64,000 bases of DNA from an uncultured Candidatus Binatia bacterium (GCA_965218425.1 OZ244621.1:1408001-1472000); one strand, 5' to 3'; shown: positions 21,048-30,996, counted from the first letter of the stretch. The notes: generated from the letters alone by a model not told the origin. Program-made: numbers and translations.

Positions 21048-21851
21048 ATGGAGGATAGTGTGAGGCACTCAGATTTCATATTCGAGGTGGATGAAGGTGT
21101 TGCAACCGTTCGTTTGGATAATCCGGATAAGCTCAATGCCTTGTCATTTCAGACCTATGAAGGATTGGAACGGCTGACCAAGGATCTGGCCCATGACGAC
21201 ACGGTAAAGGTACTGGTGTTGACGGGAACAGGCAGGGGATTTTGCACCGGTGGAAGCGTGCAGGACATCATCGGCGCATTGGTGAATATGGACCCCGAGT
21301 CCCTCTATCGATTTACCCGCATGAGCTGCAACTTGATGCAAAACCTGCGTAATCTGAAAAAACCCATCATCGCCGCCGTCAATGGCATCGCCGCCGGCGG
21401 AGGGGCAATGCTGGCTCTGGGTTGCGATCTCCGCATCCTTTCGGACCGGGCCAAATTTTCCTTTCTCTTTACCAAGGTTGGCCTCGCCGGTTCGGATATG
21501 GGGGCCCTTTACCTCTTGCCTCGGATCATCGGCCAAGGGAGGGCCGCCGAGCTGTTGTTGTTGGGAGACACCATAGATGCGCAGGAGTCCTATCGCATCG
21601 GCCTCGCCAACCGTGTGGTTCCCCATGAGAGCCTCATGGAAGAGGTCTGTCAACTTGCCCATAGGCTAAAGGAAGGTCCTCTCTACGCCACTGGGGTAAC
21701 CAAGGAACTGCTCAACCTGGAAGCGGATCTGGACATGAATGCCGCATTTGAGATGGAGGCCAAGGCCCAGGCGAAGTGCATGCAGAAACCGGATTTCCGC
21801 GAGGCCTATCGGGCATTTCTGGAAAAACGTCCGCCGCGATTCAATCGTTAA
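21048..21851 (+). CDS. Enoyl-CoA hydratase/isomerase (crotonase) family protein
   Basis: KLNAL, GRGFCTGG, KPIIAAVNGIAAGGGAMLALGCDLR, FLEKRPPRF. Confidence 0.9.
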   Translation: MEDSVRHSDFIFEVDEGVATVRLDNPDKLNALSFQTYEGLERLTKDLAHDDTVKVLVLTGTGRGFCTGGSVQDIIGALVNMDPESLYRFTRMSCNLMQNLRNLKKPIIAAVNGIAAGGGAMLALGCDLRILSDRAKFSFLFTKVGLAGSDMGALYLLPRIIGQGRAAELLLLGDTIDAQESYRIGLANRVVPHESLMEEVCQLAHRLKEGPLYATGVTKELLNLEADLDMNAAFEMEAKAQAKCMQKPDFREAYRAFLEKRPPRFNR

Positions 21852-22035
21852 CACAGTGGTCCATCGGAGTATATTCGGCGGTTGATAGCGGTTGATATAG
21901 GTCATCTCAATCGGGTAGTCTCTCCACGGGTTGGCGCAGGATCGACCCTCTATTGAAGTCCAGAATGGGCGGTCAATTCACGGAGTCGAGAATTATCCAC
22001 CGGTGAGATTTGACTTCACGGGTGGGAGCACGGAC

Positions 22036-23181
22036 ATGGATCCTTATTTTAAACTCGAGCAATTCCGGCTCCGCGACCACGTTCGTGCCTGGGTGAACCA
22101 ACACCTCCTTTCCCGCAAGAAAATCGTTGCCGATGTGGACCAGGAAGCCGGGGACCTCCTAAATGACCTCGGACGGGCAGGATTTTTAAGCTACACGGTT
22201 CCAAAGAAATACGCCGGCGTCCGCCCTGCCGTGTCGGCCCAAGACCTCTGCATCTTGCGTGAAGAGTTGGCCCGCGGCTCGTCCTTGGCCGACACCATGT
22301 TCGCCGTACAGGCTTTGGGGAGTTATCCCATCACACTTGCAGGCAATGATCATCAAAAGCTCAGTTATCTGCCTCCAATGGCAAAGGGAGAAGCCATCGC
22401 GGCTTTTGCCCTAACTGAGCCCCAGGCAGGATCGGACGTTGCGGCCATAGAATCGCGCGCGGTCAAGCGAGGAGAGGAATACCTCCTCACGGGAACCAAG
22501 AGCCTCATCTCCAATGCCGGATTGGCCCATACCTACGTAGTCTTCGCCCTAACCGATCCGAAGCGGAGGAAGAAGGGAGTGAGCGCCTTCGTGGTTGAGT
22601 CCGACACACCTGGTGTAGTCGTCAAAGAGAGAGTCTCTCTTATGTCTCCCCACCCCATTGGGACGGTTGCCTTTGAAGACTGCCTTATTCCGCAGGGCCG
22701 ACTATTAGGAAGAGAAGGAGAGGGTCTGAAAATAGCCTTGACCACGCTGGACCTCCTCCGTTGCAGCGTGGGAGCCGCCGCTTTAGGCCTGGCACAAAGG
22801 GCCATGGAGGAGGCAATTGACCATAGCCAAACTCGCCGCCAGTTCGGCAAAAGGCTAGCCGAATTTCAGAGCATCCAGTTCCAATTGGCTGACATGGCCA
22901 CGGAGTTAGAAGCATCCCGCCTGCTGGTTCACCATGCGGCCTGGACCCGGGATCACAGCGGCGAGGGCTTCACACAAAGGTCTTCCATGGCAAAGCTTTT
23001 CGCCACCGAGGCGGCACAGAGAGTCATCGACCAGGCGCTTCAAATTCACGGCGGGCTGGGTCTGGTATCAGGAAATCCGGTAGAGCAGCTCTACCGGGAT
23101 GTGCGCGCCCTGAGAATTTACGAGGGGACGTCGGAGATTCAGAAACTCATCATCGCGAGAAACCTATTAGGGAAAAAATGA
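22036..23181 (+). CDS. Acyl-CoA dehydrogenase family protein
   Basis: FALTEPQAGSD, RRQFG, QIHGGLG, YRDVRALRIYEGTSEIQ; ATG 22036 with GGGAG upstream. Confidence 0.9.
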   Translation: MDPYFKLEQFRLRDHVRAWVNQHLLSRKKIVADVDQEAGDLLNDLGRAGFLSYTVPKKYAGVRPAVSAQDLCILREELARGSSLADTMFAVQALGSYPITLAGNDHQKLSYLPPMAKGEAIAAFALTEPQAGSDVAAIESRAVKRGEEYLLTGTKSLISNAGLAHTYVVFALTDPKRRKKGVSAFVVESDTPGVVVKERVSLMSPHPIGTVAFEDCLIPQGRLLGREGEGLKIALTTLDLLRCSVGAAALGLAQRAMEEAIDHSQTRRQFGKRLAEFQSIQFQLADMATELEASRLLVHHAAWTRDHSGEGFTQRSSMAKLFATEAAQRVIDQALQIHGGLGLVSGNPVEQLYRDVRALRIYEGTSEIQKLIIARNLLGKK

Positions 23182-23231
23182 AACTTGGATTTCAGATCAA
23201 CGAACGACTTCTAAAACATTTTCTAAGATTC

Positions 23232-23486
23232 TTCCCGCAAAGACGCAAAGGACACATAACTTGCAAATTCGGAACTCGAAATCCGAAACCCGAAACAATT
23301 TCGAATAATCTAAATTCAAAACCAACGCATGCACCTGTTAGTCTTAGGAGTTCGGATTTCCGTCCTTGCGGGACACGCCATAGCGTTTGTTAAACGTTTT
23401 GAGAATTAATAATTTGAAGTTTTGGAATTATTTAGGATTTCGTGCTTCGGATTTAGGATTTTTACTCGGACGAGTCTTGGCCCGAG
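23232..23486. repeat. ~255 bp nested-inverted-repeat intergenic element, copy A
   Basis: Outer arms CGCAAAGACGCAAAG / GTCTTGGCCCG; inner heptamer arms (TCGAAA/CCGAAA vs TTTAGGA/TTCGGA); full-length homologue in reverse orientation at 62861-63124. Confidence 0.8.
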
Positions 23487-23541
23487 TTGTCTTCGCACGA
23501 ATTTTGGGTCTTCCAAATTGAAGAATAATGGGAGGGGTGTC

Positions 23542-24693
23542 ATGGATTTCAATCTATCGGAGGAGTTGGTAGCCGTTAGGAATCTGGCACGCGAGTTTGC
23601 CGAGAAGGAGATTCAGCCTAACGCAGTCAAGGACGACCAGGAGCACTTTTTTCGTAGAGAGCTGGTGACCAGGATGGGAGAGTTGGGATTTTTCGGCTGC
23701 GTGATACCGGAAGAATACGGCGGCGCCGACCTCGGCTGGATGGCTCTGGCGTTAATCTCTGAGGAGATCGCCCGTATCCACAGCGCCATTCGCGTTCATA
23801 TCAACATGCAAATGGGGCCCTCCCTGGCCCTCCTGCGATTCGGCACCGAGGCACAAAAAAAGAAATGGATTCCACCTCTGGTCACGGGAGAAATCTTGGG
23901 TTGCTTCGCTATCACCGAACCCAACGCAGGCTCCGACGTGGCCGCCATGGCCGCAACGGCCAAAAAAAACAAACAGGGCTACGTTCTTCAAGGAACCAAA
24001 ACCTGGATCTCCAACGCCCCGGTGGCTGACGTTGCCTTAGTCTACGCCTATACGGATCGATCCCAACGACATCAAGGAATGTCGGCATTTATCGTGGAGC
24101 TAAACAAAGACCGCGTGGGGCGCAGAACTCTGGAAAAGCTTGGGGCCCACGCCTCGCCCACAGGAGAGCTTACCTTCGATGGGGTAAACGTTCCCACGGA
24201 ACAACGAATCGGCCCGGAGGGAGAAGGATTCAGCATCTGCATGTGGCAACTCAACCAGACGCGGTTGAACTGTGCCGCAGGCGCCCTTGGAGTCGCTCGA
24301 GCGGCACGCGAAGCGGCCGTGAGCTATGCGAACCAGAGGGAACAGTTCGGAGAAAAGATCGGTCGGTATCAGATGATCCAGGACCAAATTGCCCAAATGG
24401 TGATGGAGGAGGAAGCGGCTCGATTGCTGGTCCACCGTGCGGCGTGGCTGGCGGATGAGAACAAATCCAATAACCTCGAAGTCTCCATGGGCAAGTTTGC
24501 CGCAGCGGAGGCTGCGGCGCATGCGGCGGATAGCGCGTTGAAGATCCTCGGCGCCTATGGTTATTCCACGGAATTCCCCGTGGAGAGGTACTTGCGAGAT
24601 GCGAAATCATACCAGATCGTTGAAGGATCATCGAACATCCAAAAATTGATTATCGGTCAAGACGCGCTGGGCTACAGGAAGGCAAACCGCTGA
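23542..24693 (+). CDS. Acyl-CoA dehydrogenase resembling non-decarboxylating glutaryl-CoA dehydrogenase
   Basis: MDFNLS..., MGELGFFG, AYTD, LEKLGAHASPTGEL, LGAYGYSTEFPV, VEGSSNI, C-terminal LGYRKANR. Confidence 0.8.
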   Translation: MDFNLSEELVAVRNLAREFAEKEIQPNAVKDDQEHFFRRELVTRMGELGFFGCVIPEEYGGADLGWMALALISEEIARIHSAIRVHINMQMGPSLALLRFGTEAQKKKWIPPLVTGEILGCFAITEPNAGSDVAAMAATAKKNKQGYVLQGTKTWISNAPVADVALVYAYTDRSQRHQGMSAFIVELNKDRVGRRTLEKLGAHASPTGELTFDGVNVPTEQRIGPEGEGFSICMWQLNQTRLNCAAGALGVARAAREAAVSYANQREQFGEKIGRYQMIQDQIAQMVMEEEAARLLVHRAAWLADENKSNNLEVSMGKFAAAEAAAHAADSALKILGAYGYSTEFPVERYLRDAKSYQIVEGSSNIQKLIIGQDALGYRKANR

Positions 24694-24694
24694 A

Positions 24695-25155
24695 AGCAAA
24701 GCGCTAAGCGCAAGAACAAGGGGAGACAACCCATGGCCCAGATAAGGCCGAAATTCCTCTTCATGGACCTTGAGATTTGGCAAGATTCGATCGAAGTCGA
24801 CGACCGATTGTTTGATCCGGCGGACGGCTTAGGGGTAAAAAGACCATGCCGATTTGCCGACCAATTGCGTGGTGGTGGAATGTCCATGAGCAACAACATC
24901 GTTGAAGGATCCGGTAGGACATCGAAGCGAGAATTCTTGAATTTCCTGAATATCGCACGTCGGCCAACGTTTGAAAATGCGAACCTGCTTCTTGTGTTGG
25001 AAAAGCGCCAATTATCGGGGCCAAACATGGTCACGGAGATTCTAGACCGTTTAGATCACTTGTGCCGAAAGATCACAAACTTTCAGTGGAGTCTATGTAC
25101 GTGATTTCTTACCCATTTGACTTCGCATTATACGCTATGCGCCATGCGCTTTGCT
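24695..25155 (+). mobile_element. Inverted-repeat-bounded cassette carrying the four-helix-bundle gene
   Basis: 10-bp terminal IR AGCAAAGCGC (24695-24704)/GCGCTTTGCT (25146-25155) inside heptamer-repeat arms; direct copy at 27261-27512. Confidence 0.6.
24733..25104 (+). CDS. Four helix bundle protein (TIGR02436/23S-IVS-like, Avd-related), possibly degenerate
   Basis: F.DLEIWQ.S, DQLR..MSMSNNIVEGSGR.SKREF.NFLNIAR..FE motif; some consensus positions altered (ARRPTFE instead of ARxSxxE). Confidence 0.8.
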   Translation: MAQIRPKFLFMDLEIWQDSIEVDDRLFDPADGLGVKRPCRFADQLRGGGMSMSNNIVEGSGRTSKREFLNFLNIARRPTFENANLLLVLEKRQLSGPNMVTEILDRLDHLCRKITNFQWSLCT

Positions 25156-25276
25156 GTTCTCCAGTGGGCGAAAATCTACGGTTAAATCATGAGAGTTTGG
25201 TAGGTAAATACCTTAAGAAAACCCCCAAGTTTTCAGTAGACATTTCGATTCGAAGTACGGTACATAACGTGACTCC

Positions 25277-26647
25277 ATGATGGCTTTGATAGGCAAATCG
25301 GGGATACTCTTCCTGTCTTTCTGCTTTCTGGTCTGGTCCCCCACCCCCATAAACTCTTTACACGCCGCGTCTCTTGGACCATCCAACGGCAACGGCGCGC
25401 AGGAAAAATCCGCCCAAAACGGGCTGACACCATCGATTAACGGTTTCGAACGGGTTACACACCGGATCCGGCGTGGTGACACCCTTGGAAATCTCTTAAG
25501 ACGGTACGGTTTGTCCGGTAAAGAACAAGACACCTGGGTCCGTTCTATCCGCAAGCAGTTCTCTCCAAGAAGACTTCGCCCCGGGCGGGAGATTTATTTT
25601 TATTTCTCCACCAACGGCCACGCCAGTGACGTTCATTCCAATAACGGTCACTCGCAAACAGGTGAAAAGGACAAAACTCAGAGCTACGGCAGGAAACATC
25701 TTAATGCCCTGGCATTAGAACTGGACAAAGATTGGGTATTGAATTGGGAACTGGGAGACGAAGGGATCGTCTTTCGAAAGGTTCAGAAACCCTACGAGGT
25801 GGAAGTGAAAACGGTGGCAGGAACCATTACGGACACCCTGCATGAGAGCGGTGAGAGATTTGGCCTACATCTCGATGTCGTCTCGCAGCTTGTTGATATC
25901 TTCGGCTGGGAGATCAATTTTCAAAATGACCTTAGAGAAGGAGATTCCTTTAGGGTTCTCTATGAGAGAAAGTACCGAAAGGAAGGAACGAAAAAAGAAA
26001 GCTTCCGTGTCCTGGCGGCAGAACTCAGTGCCGGTGGAGGAAAACGATTTGCCTTTTATTTTGAAAAGGAAAACGGCGACGGCGGATATTTCGACCGCCA
26101 GGGGAAGTCCCTCTCCCGCACCTTCCTCCGCTATCCCGTTCAGTTCAGCCGCATCAGTTCCAGTTTTTCCCATCGACGCCTGCATCCGATCCTCAAGGTA
26201 AAGCGCCCCCACCGTGGCATCGACTTCGTGGCAAAACGGGGAACTCCTGTCCGAGCGGTGGGAGACGGGCGAGTCACCTATGCCGGATGGAAAAGGGGCG
26301 GTTACGGCAGGTTCATTGAGATCCGACACGGCTCCGCCTTTAGGACCCGCTACGCCCACCTGAACGGGTACGCACGCGGCATACGAAAGGGGATGAAAGT
26401 CAAAAAAGGCCAGATCATCGGTTACGTGGGTTGCTCAGGCAGATGCACCGGTTCTCACCTGCATTTTGAAATGTACCAAAATCAAAGATACGTCAATCCT
26501 CTCAAGACCGGGCTCCCACGGGAAGAGAAAATTGAACCTGCCCTTTGGGGAGTATTTGAAAGCGCCAGGGAACTCATCCTCACGCAGTTGAACCCAAACT
26601 CACGCTCCGGCTCCCTTAACGGTTCCCAACCCAGCCACCGGCATTAG
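25277..26647 (+). CDS. M23 family metalloendopeptidase with LysM/OapA-like N-terminus (MepM-like)
   Basis: RRGDTL, HPIL..RPHRGIDF, YAHL, G.VG.SGR.TGSHLHFE. Confidence 0.9.
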   Translation: MMALIGKSGILFLSFCFLVWSPTPINSLHAASLGPSNGNGAQEKSAQNGLTPSINGFERVTHRIRRGDTLGNLLRRYGLSGKEQDTWVRSIRKQFSPRRLRPGREIYFYFSTNGHASDVHSNNGHSQTGEKDKTQSYGRKHLNALALELDKDWVLNWELGDEGIVFRKVQKPYEVEVKTVAGTITDTLHESGERFGLHLDVVSQLVDIFGWEINFQNDLREGDSFRVLYERKYRKEGTKKESFRVLAAELSAGGGKRFAFYFEKENGDGGYFDRQGKSLSRTFLRYPVQFSRISSSFSHRRLHPILKVKRPHRGIDFVAKRGTPVRAVGDGRVTYAGWKRGGYGRFIEIRHGSAFRTRYAHLNGYARGIRKGMKVKKGQIIGYVGCSGRCTGSHLHFEMYQNQRYVNPLKTGLPREEKIEPALWGVFESARELILTQLNPNSRSGSLNGSQPSHRH

Positions 26648-26895
26648 CTCCTTTGTCATTTTTCAGACGGCAAATTTCATAATTCATTTACTATCCCCCG
26701 TGGTCTCACGGGTATCGACTCACATCACAAGATTGACAAGCTTAAAGCGACGAGACTAAACTCCTCCCCCATATGAACCGCTTCGTCCAAGCTCAAACCA
26801 TTGACGATCATATCGAAATTCCTGAACGTCACTTGTATTTTACAGCTCCAAGAGCTTTTTTGGGGAATTATATACCATATTACACGGAGGCCCGC

Positions 26896-27006
26896 GGTAA
26901 ACTTTTGTCATGCTCAGTTGAATATAGGAGTATGGCACAGATAGTTGGGAAGAGTTATCGGAAGGGAATGACGTTGGTAGAGGCGATTGAGCGGTTTCTT
27001 GTGTAA
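26896..27006 (+). mobile_element. Probable IS1595-family remnant (left end and transposase N-terminus)
   Basis: RBS AGGAG then ATG 26932: MAQIVGKSYRKGMTLVEAIERF, resembling 'GK.YRKG.SL.E....F' IS1595 transposase starts; truncated after ~22 codons. Confidence 0.45.
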
Positions 27007-27241
27007 TTTGGTATGTAATTCCATTTTTATGCCCCAGTGGTTCCGAAAGACGCGACCCTTTGCCCTGGTTTTGGGAATCGGCTTTTATATCATACTGTAT
27101 CTTGCCATGGACATCTTGAGTTTCTCCCTCGCCATGATAGGCACGTACCTCCTTTTCGTGGGGCCGGAAACTCTCGTCTCCTGCGTGCGGTCCATTCTAA
27201 TTCAGGACCACGCCGAGTTTGAATTAAAAGCCCAGGCTTAA
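27007..27241 (+). pseudogene. C-terminal fragment of an HTTM-domain-like membrane protein
   Basis: WFRKTRPFALVLGIGF..ILYLAMDI..FSLAM..TYLLF pattern; no N-terminal part present. Confidence 0.45.
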
Positions 27242-27260
27242 GAGACAAACCGAGATGATT

Positions 27261-27512
27261 CGCGCAAAGGCGCAAAGCGTAAGGACAAGGGAAGAGAACC
27301 AGTAGGGCGGAAAAGACCGAAATTCCTCTTCATGGACCTTGAGATTTGGCAAGATTCGATCGAAGTCGGTGACCGATTGTTTGATCCGGAGGCAAAAAGA
27401 CTACACCGGTTTGGCGACCCATGTGCCGAAAGATCGCAAACTTTCAGCGGAGTCTACGTACGTGATTTCTTACGCATCTGACTTCGCATTATACGCTATG
27501 CTCTTTGCCGTT
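27261..27512 (+). pseudogene. Internally deleted duplicate of the four-helix-bundle cassette
   Basis: 27317-27389 nearly identical to 24748-24820 and 27422-27500 to 25061-25139; about 200 nt of the gene middle is missing. Confidence 0.9.
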
Positions 27513-27517
27513 AAGTA

Positions 27518-28747
27518 ATGGACAAAGCGGTCATACTCAGTACAGGGGAAGAGTTGGTTGCCGGGAAGGTAGTGGACACCAACTCGTCTTACATCGCGGA
27601 CAAGCTCTTTTATCTCGGCGTAGAGGTAGTCGCCATCCTGAAAGTGGGTGATGATCGGGAGAGGCTCTGCTGGGCGTTTCAACATGCCGCAGAGCTGGGA
27701 GACCTCATCATTGGAACCGGGGGGCTTGGCCCCACGGTGGACGACCTCACCACTGAAACTGTGGCCCAGTTCTTCGGCAGACCCACAGCGCTCCATGAAG
27801 ATGTAGCCACGGCCTTGAAACGCAGATTTGAGGACAGGGGTCGCCCTTGGACGGAAAACAACCTGAAGCAGGCCCGGTTTCCCAAAAGAGCCGAAGTGAT
27901 TCCAAACCATCGGGGAACGGCTCCGGGTTTTCGCATCCACATCGGTGAACGCAAGTGGTTGATTTGGCTCTCCGGGGTACCCAGAGAGATGGTGGAGATG
28001 ATGCAGCAAAGCGTGCTTCCCTGGATTTCTCAGACGCTAGAGACAGACGATGTAGCCTCCTCCACTTTCAAGATCTATGGCTTGACGGAGTCCAGGCTAG
28101 ATGACATATTGAAGCCGGTTCATCTCCCCGACGGTGCGCAGCTTTCCTTTCGGGCCCATTATCCTGACCTTTCGCTGCGGTTAATCTACAGAGGAGGCAA
28201 AGAGCATTCAAAACAATTCCAGGGACTCAAGGGCCGTATCAGGGAACTCATCGGACCCTATGTTTACGGTGAAGGCGATGAAACCCTGGAGGAGATTGTG
28301 GGCGGGTTGCTACGAAATCATGGATGGACTCTCGCTTTAGCCGAGTCCTGCACGGGAGGTTATATCAGCCATCGAATCACTCGGGTGCCCGGGAGCTCGG
28401 ACTATTTCAAGGGTTCGGCCGTCACCTATTCCAATGAGGCAAAAACAGCCGTCTTGGGCGTCAAAAAGCCTACCCTCGGGCGATTCGGCCCGGTGAGCCG
28501 TGAGACGGCCATGGAGATGGCCAGGGGGATTAGAAAGAAGACGGAGGCCAATGTCGGAATGAGCGTTACGGGAATCGCCGGACCTGAAGGGGGAACTCCT
28601 GACATTGCAGTGGGCACAGTATGGATTGGAATGGCTCAGCCCGAGAGTGTCGAGGCACAAATACTCCACCTTCAAGGGGACCGGGAGCGTGTGATTCAAG
28701 GCGCCTCGCAGGCAGCACTCCACTGGTTAAGAAAGGTCTTGCTCTAG
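27518..28747 (+). CDS. cinA: Competence/damage-inducible protein CinA (with PncC domain)
   Basis: TGEEL..G..VDTN, GGLGPT.DDLT, GTAPG, AESCTGG, TGIAGP. Confidence 0.95.
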   Translation: MDKAVILSTGEELVAGKVVDTNSSYIADKLFYLGVEVVAILKVGDDRERLCWAFQHAAELGDLIIGTGGLGPTVDDLTTETVAQFFGRPTALHEDVATALKRRFEDRGRPWTENNLKQARFPKRAEVIPNHRGTAPGFRIHIGERKWLIWLSGVPREMVEMMQQSVLPWISQTLETDDVASSTFKIYGLTESRLDDILKPVHLPDGAQLSFRAHYPDLSLRLIYRGGKEHSKQFQGLKGRIRELIGPYVYGEGDETLEEIVGGLLRNHGWTLALAESCTGGYISHRITRVPGSSDYFKGSAVTYSNEAKTAVLGVKKPTLGRFGPVSRETAMEMARGIRKKTEANVGMSVTGIAGPEGGTPDIAVGTVWIGMAQPESVEAQILHLQGDRERVIQGASQAALHWLRKVLL

Positions 28748-28763
28748 GCAAACCACAGGGGCA

Positions 28764-29327
28764 GTGATACGTGCATTTGTTGCAGTCCGGATTGAACCGG
28801 CCATGCTCCAAAAAATATCCGAGGTTCGATCCCAGTTTCAGAAGAGCTTGACAGGACTCCGATGGGTCGCACAGGAAAATCTCCATCTCACCCTCAAATT
28901 TTTGGGATCGGTGGACGAAAATAGTGTTACACCCATGATGCATGCCCTGGAAAACGCGCTGGGACCTATCCCATGCTTTTTATTAGGTGGGAAAGGAATC
29001 GGAGTTTTCCCAAATATAAAGCGAGCCCGCGTGCTGTGGACCGGACTCGAAGGTCAAGGGCTACTTCGGTTAGCTGATGCAGTGGAAACCGCCCTCGAGC
29101 CTCTGGGCTTTCCCCGGGAGAAAAGGAATTTCACCCCCCATTTGACTCTTGGTCGGTGGCGGGACCCCGGGTTTCAACCGGAAAAGCTTAAAGAGCAGCT
29201 TTCAATATGGCGAAATCACGATTTCGGGCGATCCAGAGTAAATAATGTGGTCCTATTCCAAAGTGTCCTTATGCCGCAGGGGGCCGCGTACACCTCCCTC
29301 GGTGAGATACCTCTCAAGGAGCAGTAA
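28764..29327 (+). CDS. thpR: RNA 2',3'-cyclic phosphodiesterase
   Basis: Two HxT motifs: HLTLKFLG and PHLTLGR; cinA-thpR-recA order. Confidence 0.9.
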   Translation: MIRAFVAVRIEPAMLQKISEVRSQFQKSLTGLRWVAQENLHLTLKFLGSVDENSVTPMMHALENALGPIPCFLLGGKGIGVFPNIKRARVLWTGLEGQGLLRLADAVETALEPLGFPREKRNFTPHLTLGRWRDPGFQPEKLKEQLSIWRNHDFGRSRVNNVVLFQSVLMPQGAAYTSLGEIPLKEQ

Positions 29328-29360
29328 ACCTGGTAACTATAACTATGTAGGAGAAATACC

Positions 29361-30428
29361 ATGGAAGTAAATCGAAGCAAGGCCATCGATCTGGCGGTCA
29401 GTCAAATCGAGAAGCAATTTGGCAAAGGGGCCATCATGAAGCTGGGAGAGGGAGGCATCATTAGCGATATCGCCGTCATCCCCACCGGCTCCATCGGCCT
29501 GGATATCGCCCTCAGTATAGGGGGCGTTCCCCGGGGAAGGGTGGTTGAGATCTACGGCCCCGAGTCCTCGGGAAAAACGACCCTGGCCCTTCATATCGTT
29601 TCGGAGACGCAAAAGCAGGGGGGAATGGGAGCCTATATCGACGCAGAGCATGCCCTGGATCTCTCCTACGCCAAAAGGCTGGGGGTCAATACGGATGACC
29701 TGCTGATCTCTCAGCCCGACCATGGGGAGCAGGCATTAGAGATTGCCGACACCCTGGTGCGCAGCGGTGCCATTGATGTGATCGTCATTGACTCCGTAGC
29801 CGCCTTGGTGCCCAGGGCGGAAATCGAGGGGGAAATGGGCGATTCCCATATGGGGCTTCAGGCCAGGCTCATGTCACAGGCCCTACGCAAACTGACCGGA
29901 ACTATCTCTCGCTCTCATGCTGTGGTGATTTTTATTAACCAGATCCGAATGAAGATCGGTGTCATGTTTGGAAACCCCGAAACCACCACGGGAGGCAATG
30001 CGCTAAAGTTCTATGCCTCCCTGAGAATGGATATTCGGCGCATTGGGGCAATAAAGGACGGGGACTCGGTGGTGGGCGGACGGACACGAGTGAAAGTGGT
30101 CAAGAACAAACTCGCGCCGCCTTTCAAGGAGGCGGAATTCGACATCCTATACGGAACGGGTATCTCCCGCGAAGGAGAAATCGTGGACTTGGGCAGTGGA
30201 ACCGGCATCGTGGAGAAGAGCGGGGCATGGTATTCTTTCAACAATGAACGGATTGGACAGGGGCGCGAGAGCGCAAAGGAGTTCCTTAGACAACATCCGG
30301 AAACTGCGCGAGAGCTGGCGGCGCTGATCGCCGAAAAGACTGGTACCAAGCGTGCCCCCGCGGACCCTCATGCTCAGGAAAAGAAGGAAAAGACCAAAGG
30401 GAAATCAGCATCGGACATCAAGGACTGA
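29361..30428 (+). CDS. recA: Recombinase A
   Basis: [45 protein letters not shown]. Confidence 0.99.
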   Translation: MEVNRSKAIDLAVSQIEKQFGKGAIMKLGEGGIISDIAVIPTGSIGLDIALSIGGVPRGRVVEIYGPESSGKTTLALHIVSETQKQGGMGAYIDAEHALDLSYAKRLGVNTDDLLISQPDHGEQALEIADTLVRSGAIDVIVIDSVAALVPRAEIEGEMGDSHMGLQARLMSQALRKLTGTISRSHAVVIFINQIRMKIGVMFGNPETTTGGNALKFYASLRMDIRRIGAIKDGDSVVGGRTRVKVVKNKLAPPFKEAEFDILYGTGISREGEIVDLGSGTGIVEKSGAWYSFNNERIGQGRESAKEFLRQHPETARELAALIAEKTGTKRAPADPHAQEKKEKTKGKSASDIKD

Positions 30429-30457
30429 GTGGGCTCAGCCTACCACAAGCTGAGACT

Positions 30458-30937
30458 ATGGCTAGGAACGTAGAGGGGGAATTGGCAAAGGCACTGAATC
30501 GCGCCCTCAAATTCCTCGGTTATCGAGCCCGGACGGAAGAACAAGTCAGGATCAAACTCATCCAGCTGGGCTACCCCCAAATCACCGTAGAAACCACCCT
30601 GGAAAGACTCGGTTCCTTAAACCTCCTGAACGATGAGACCTACGCCCGAGATTGGGCCCTGACTCGCGCGGCCAACCACGGGTATGGACTCAAGCGCATC
30701 GAGAGGGAACTGCGACAGAAGGGCATCTCGGAGCCTCTCATCGATACGATCCTACGGGAGACCTTTGCCGAACAGGATGAGCGGAAACGGGCAAGGGCTC
30801 TGCTCGATAAAAAGTTCAAAGACCAGGATCTGAGCGACCTGAAGGTTCTGCGACGAGCCAGCAACTACCTGCATCGACGCGGCTATAGCGAATCCATAAT
30901 TCTTGAGTTATTGAAAGGGCATACGGACCCTGACTGA
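30458..30937 (+). CDS. recX: Regulatory protein RecX
   Basis: AL.FL.YRART, L.D..YA, G..RI..EL.QKG, L.RRGY; follows recA. Confidence 0.9.
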   Translation: MARNVEGELAKALNRALKFLGYRARTEEQVRIKLIQLGYPQITVETTLERLGSLNLLNDETYARDWALTRAANHGYGLKRIERELRQKGISEPLIDTILRETFAEQDERKRARALLDKKFKDQDLSDLKVLRRASNYLHRRGYSESIILELLKGHTDPD

Positions 30938-30996
30938 ACTACCGGAACAAGGGAATTTATTGACTCGATGACCTCTGGTATGATGGTAATGGCCAT

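Noticed and set aside
24733..25104. Diversity-generating retroelement, suggested by the Avd-like fold and a nearby duplicated sequence
   Set aside because: No reverse transcriptase in the window; differences between the copies are not adenine-specific and include large deletions
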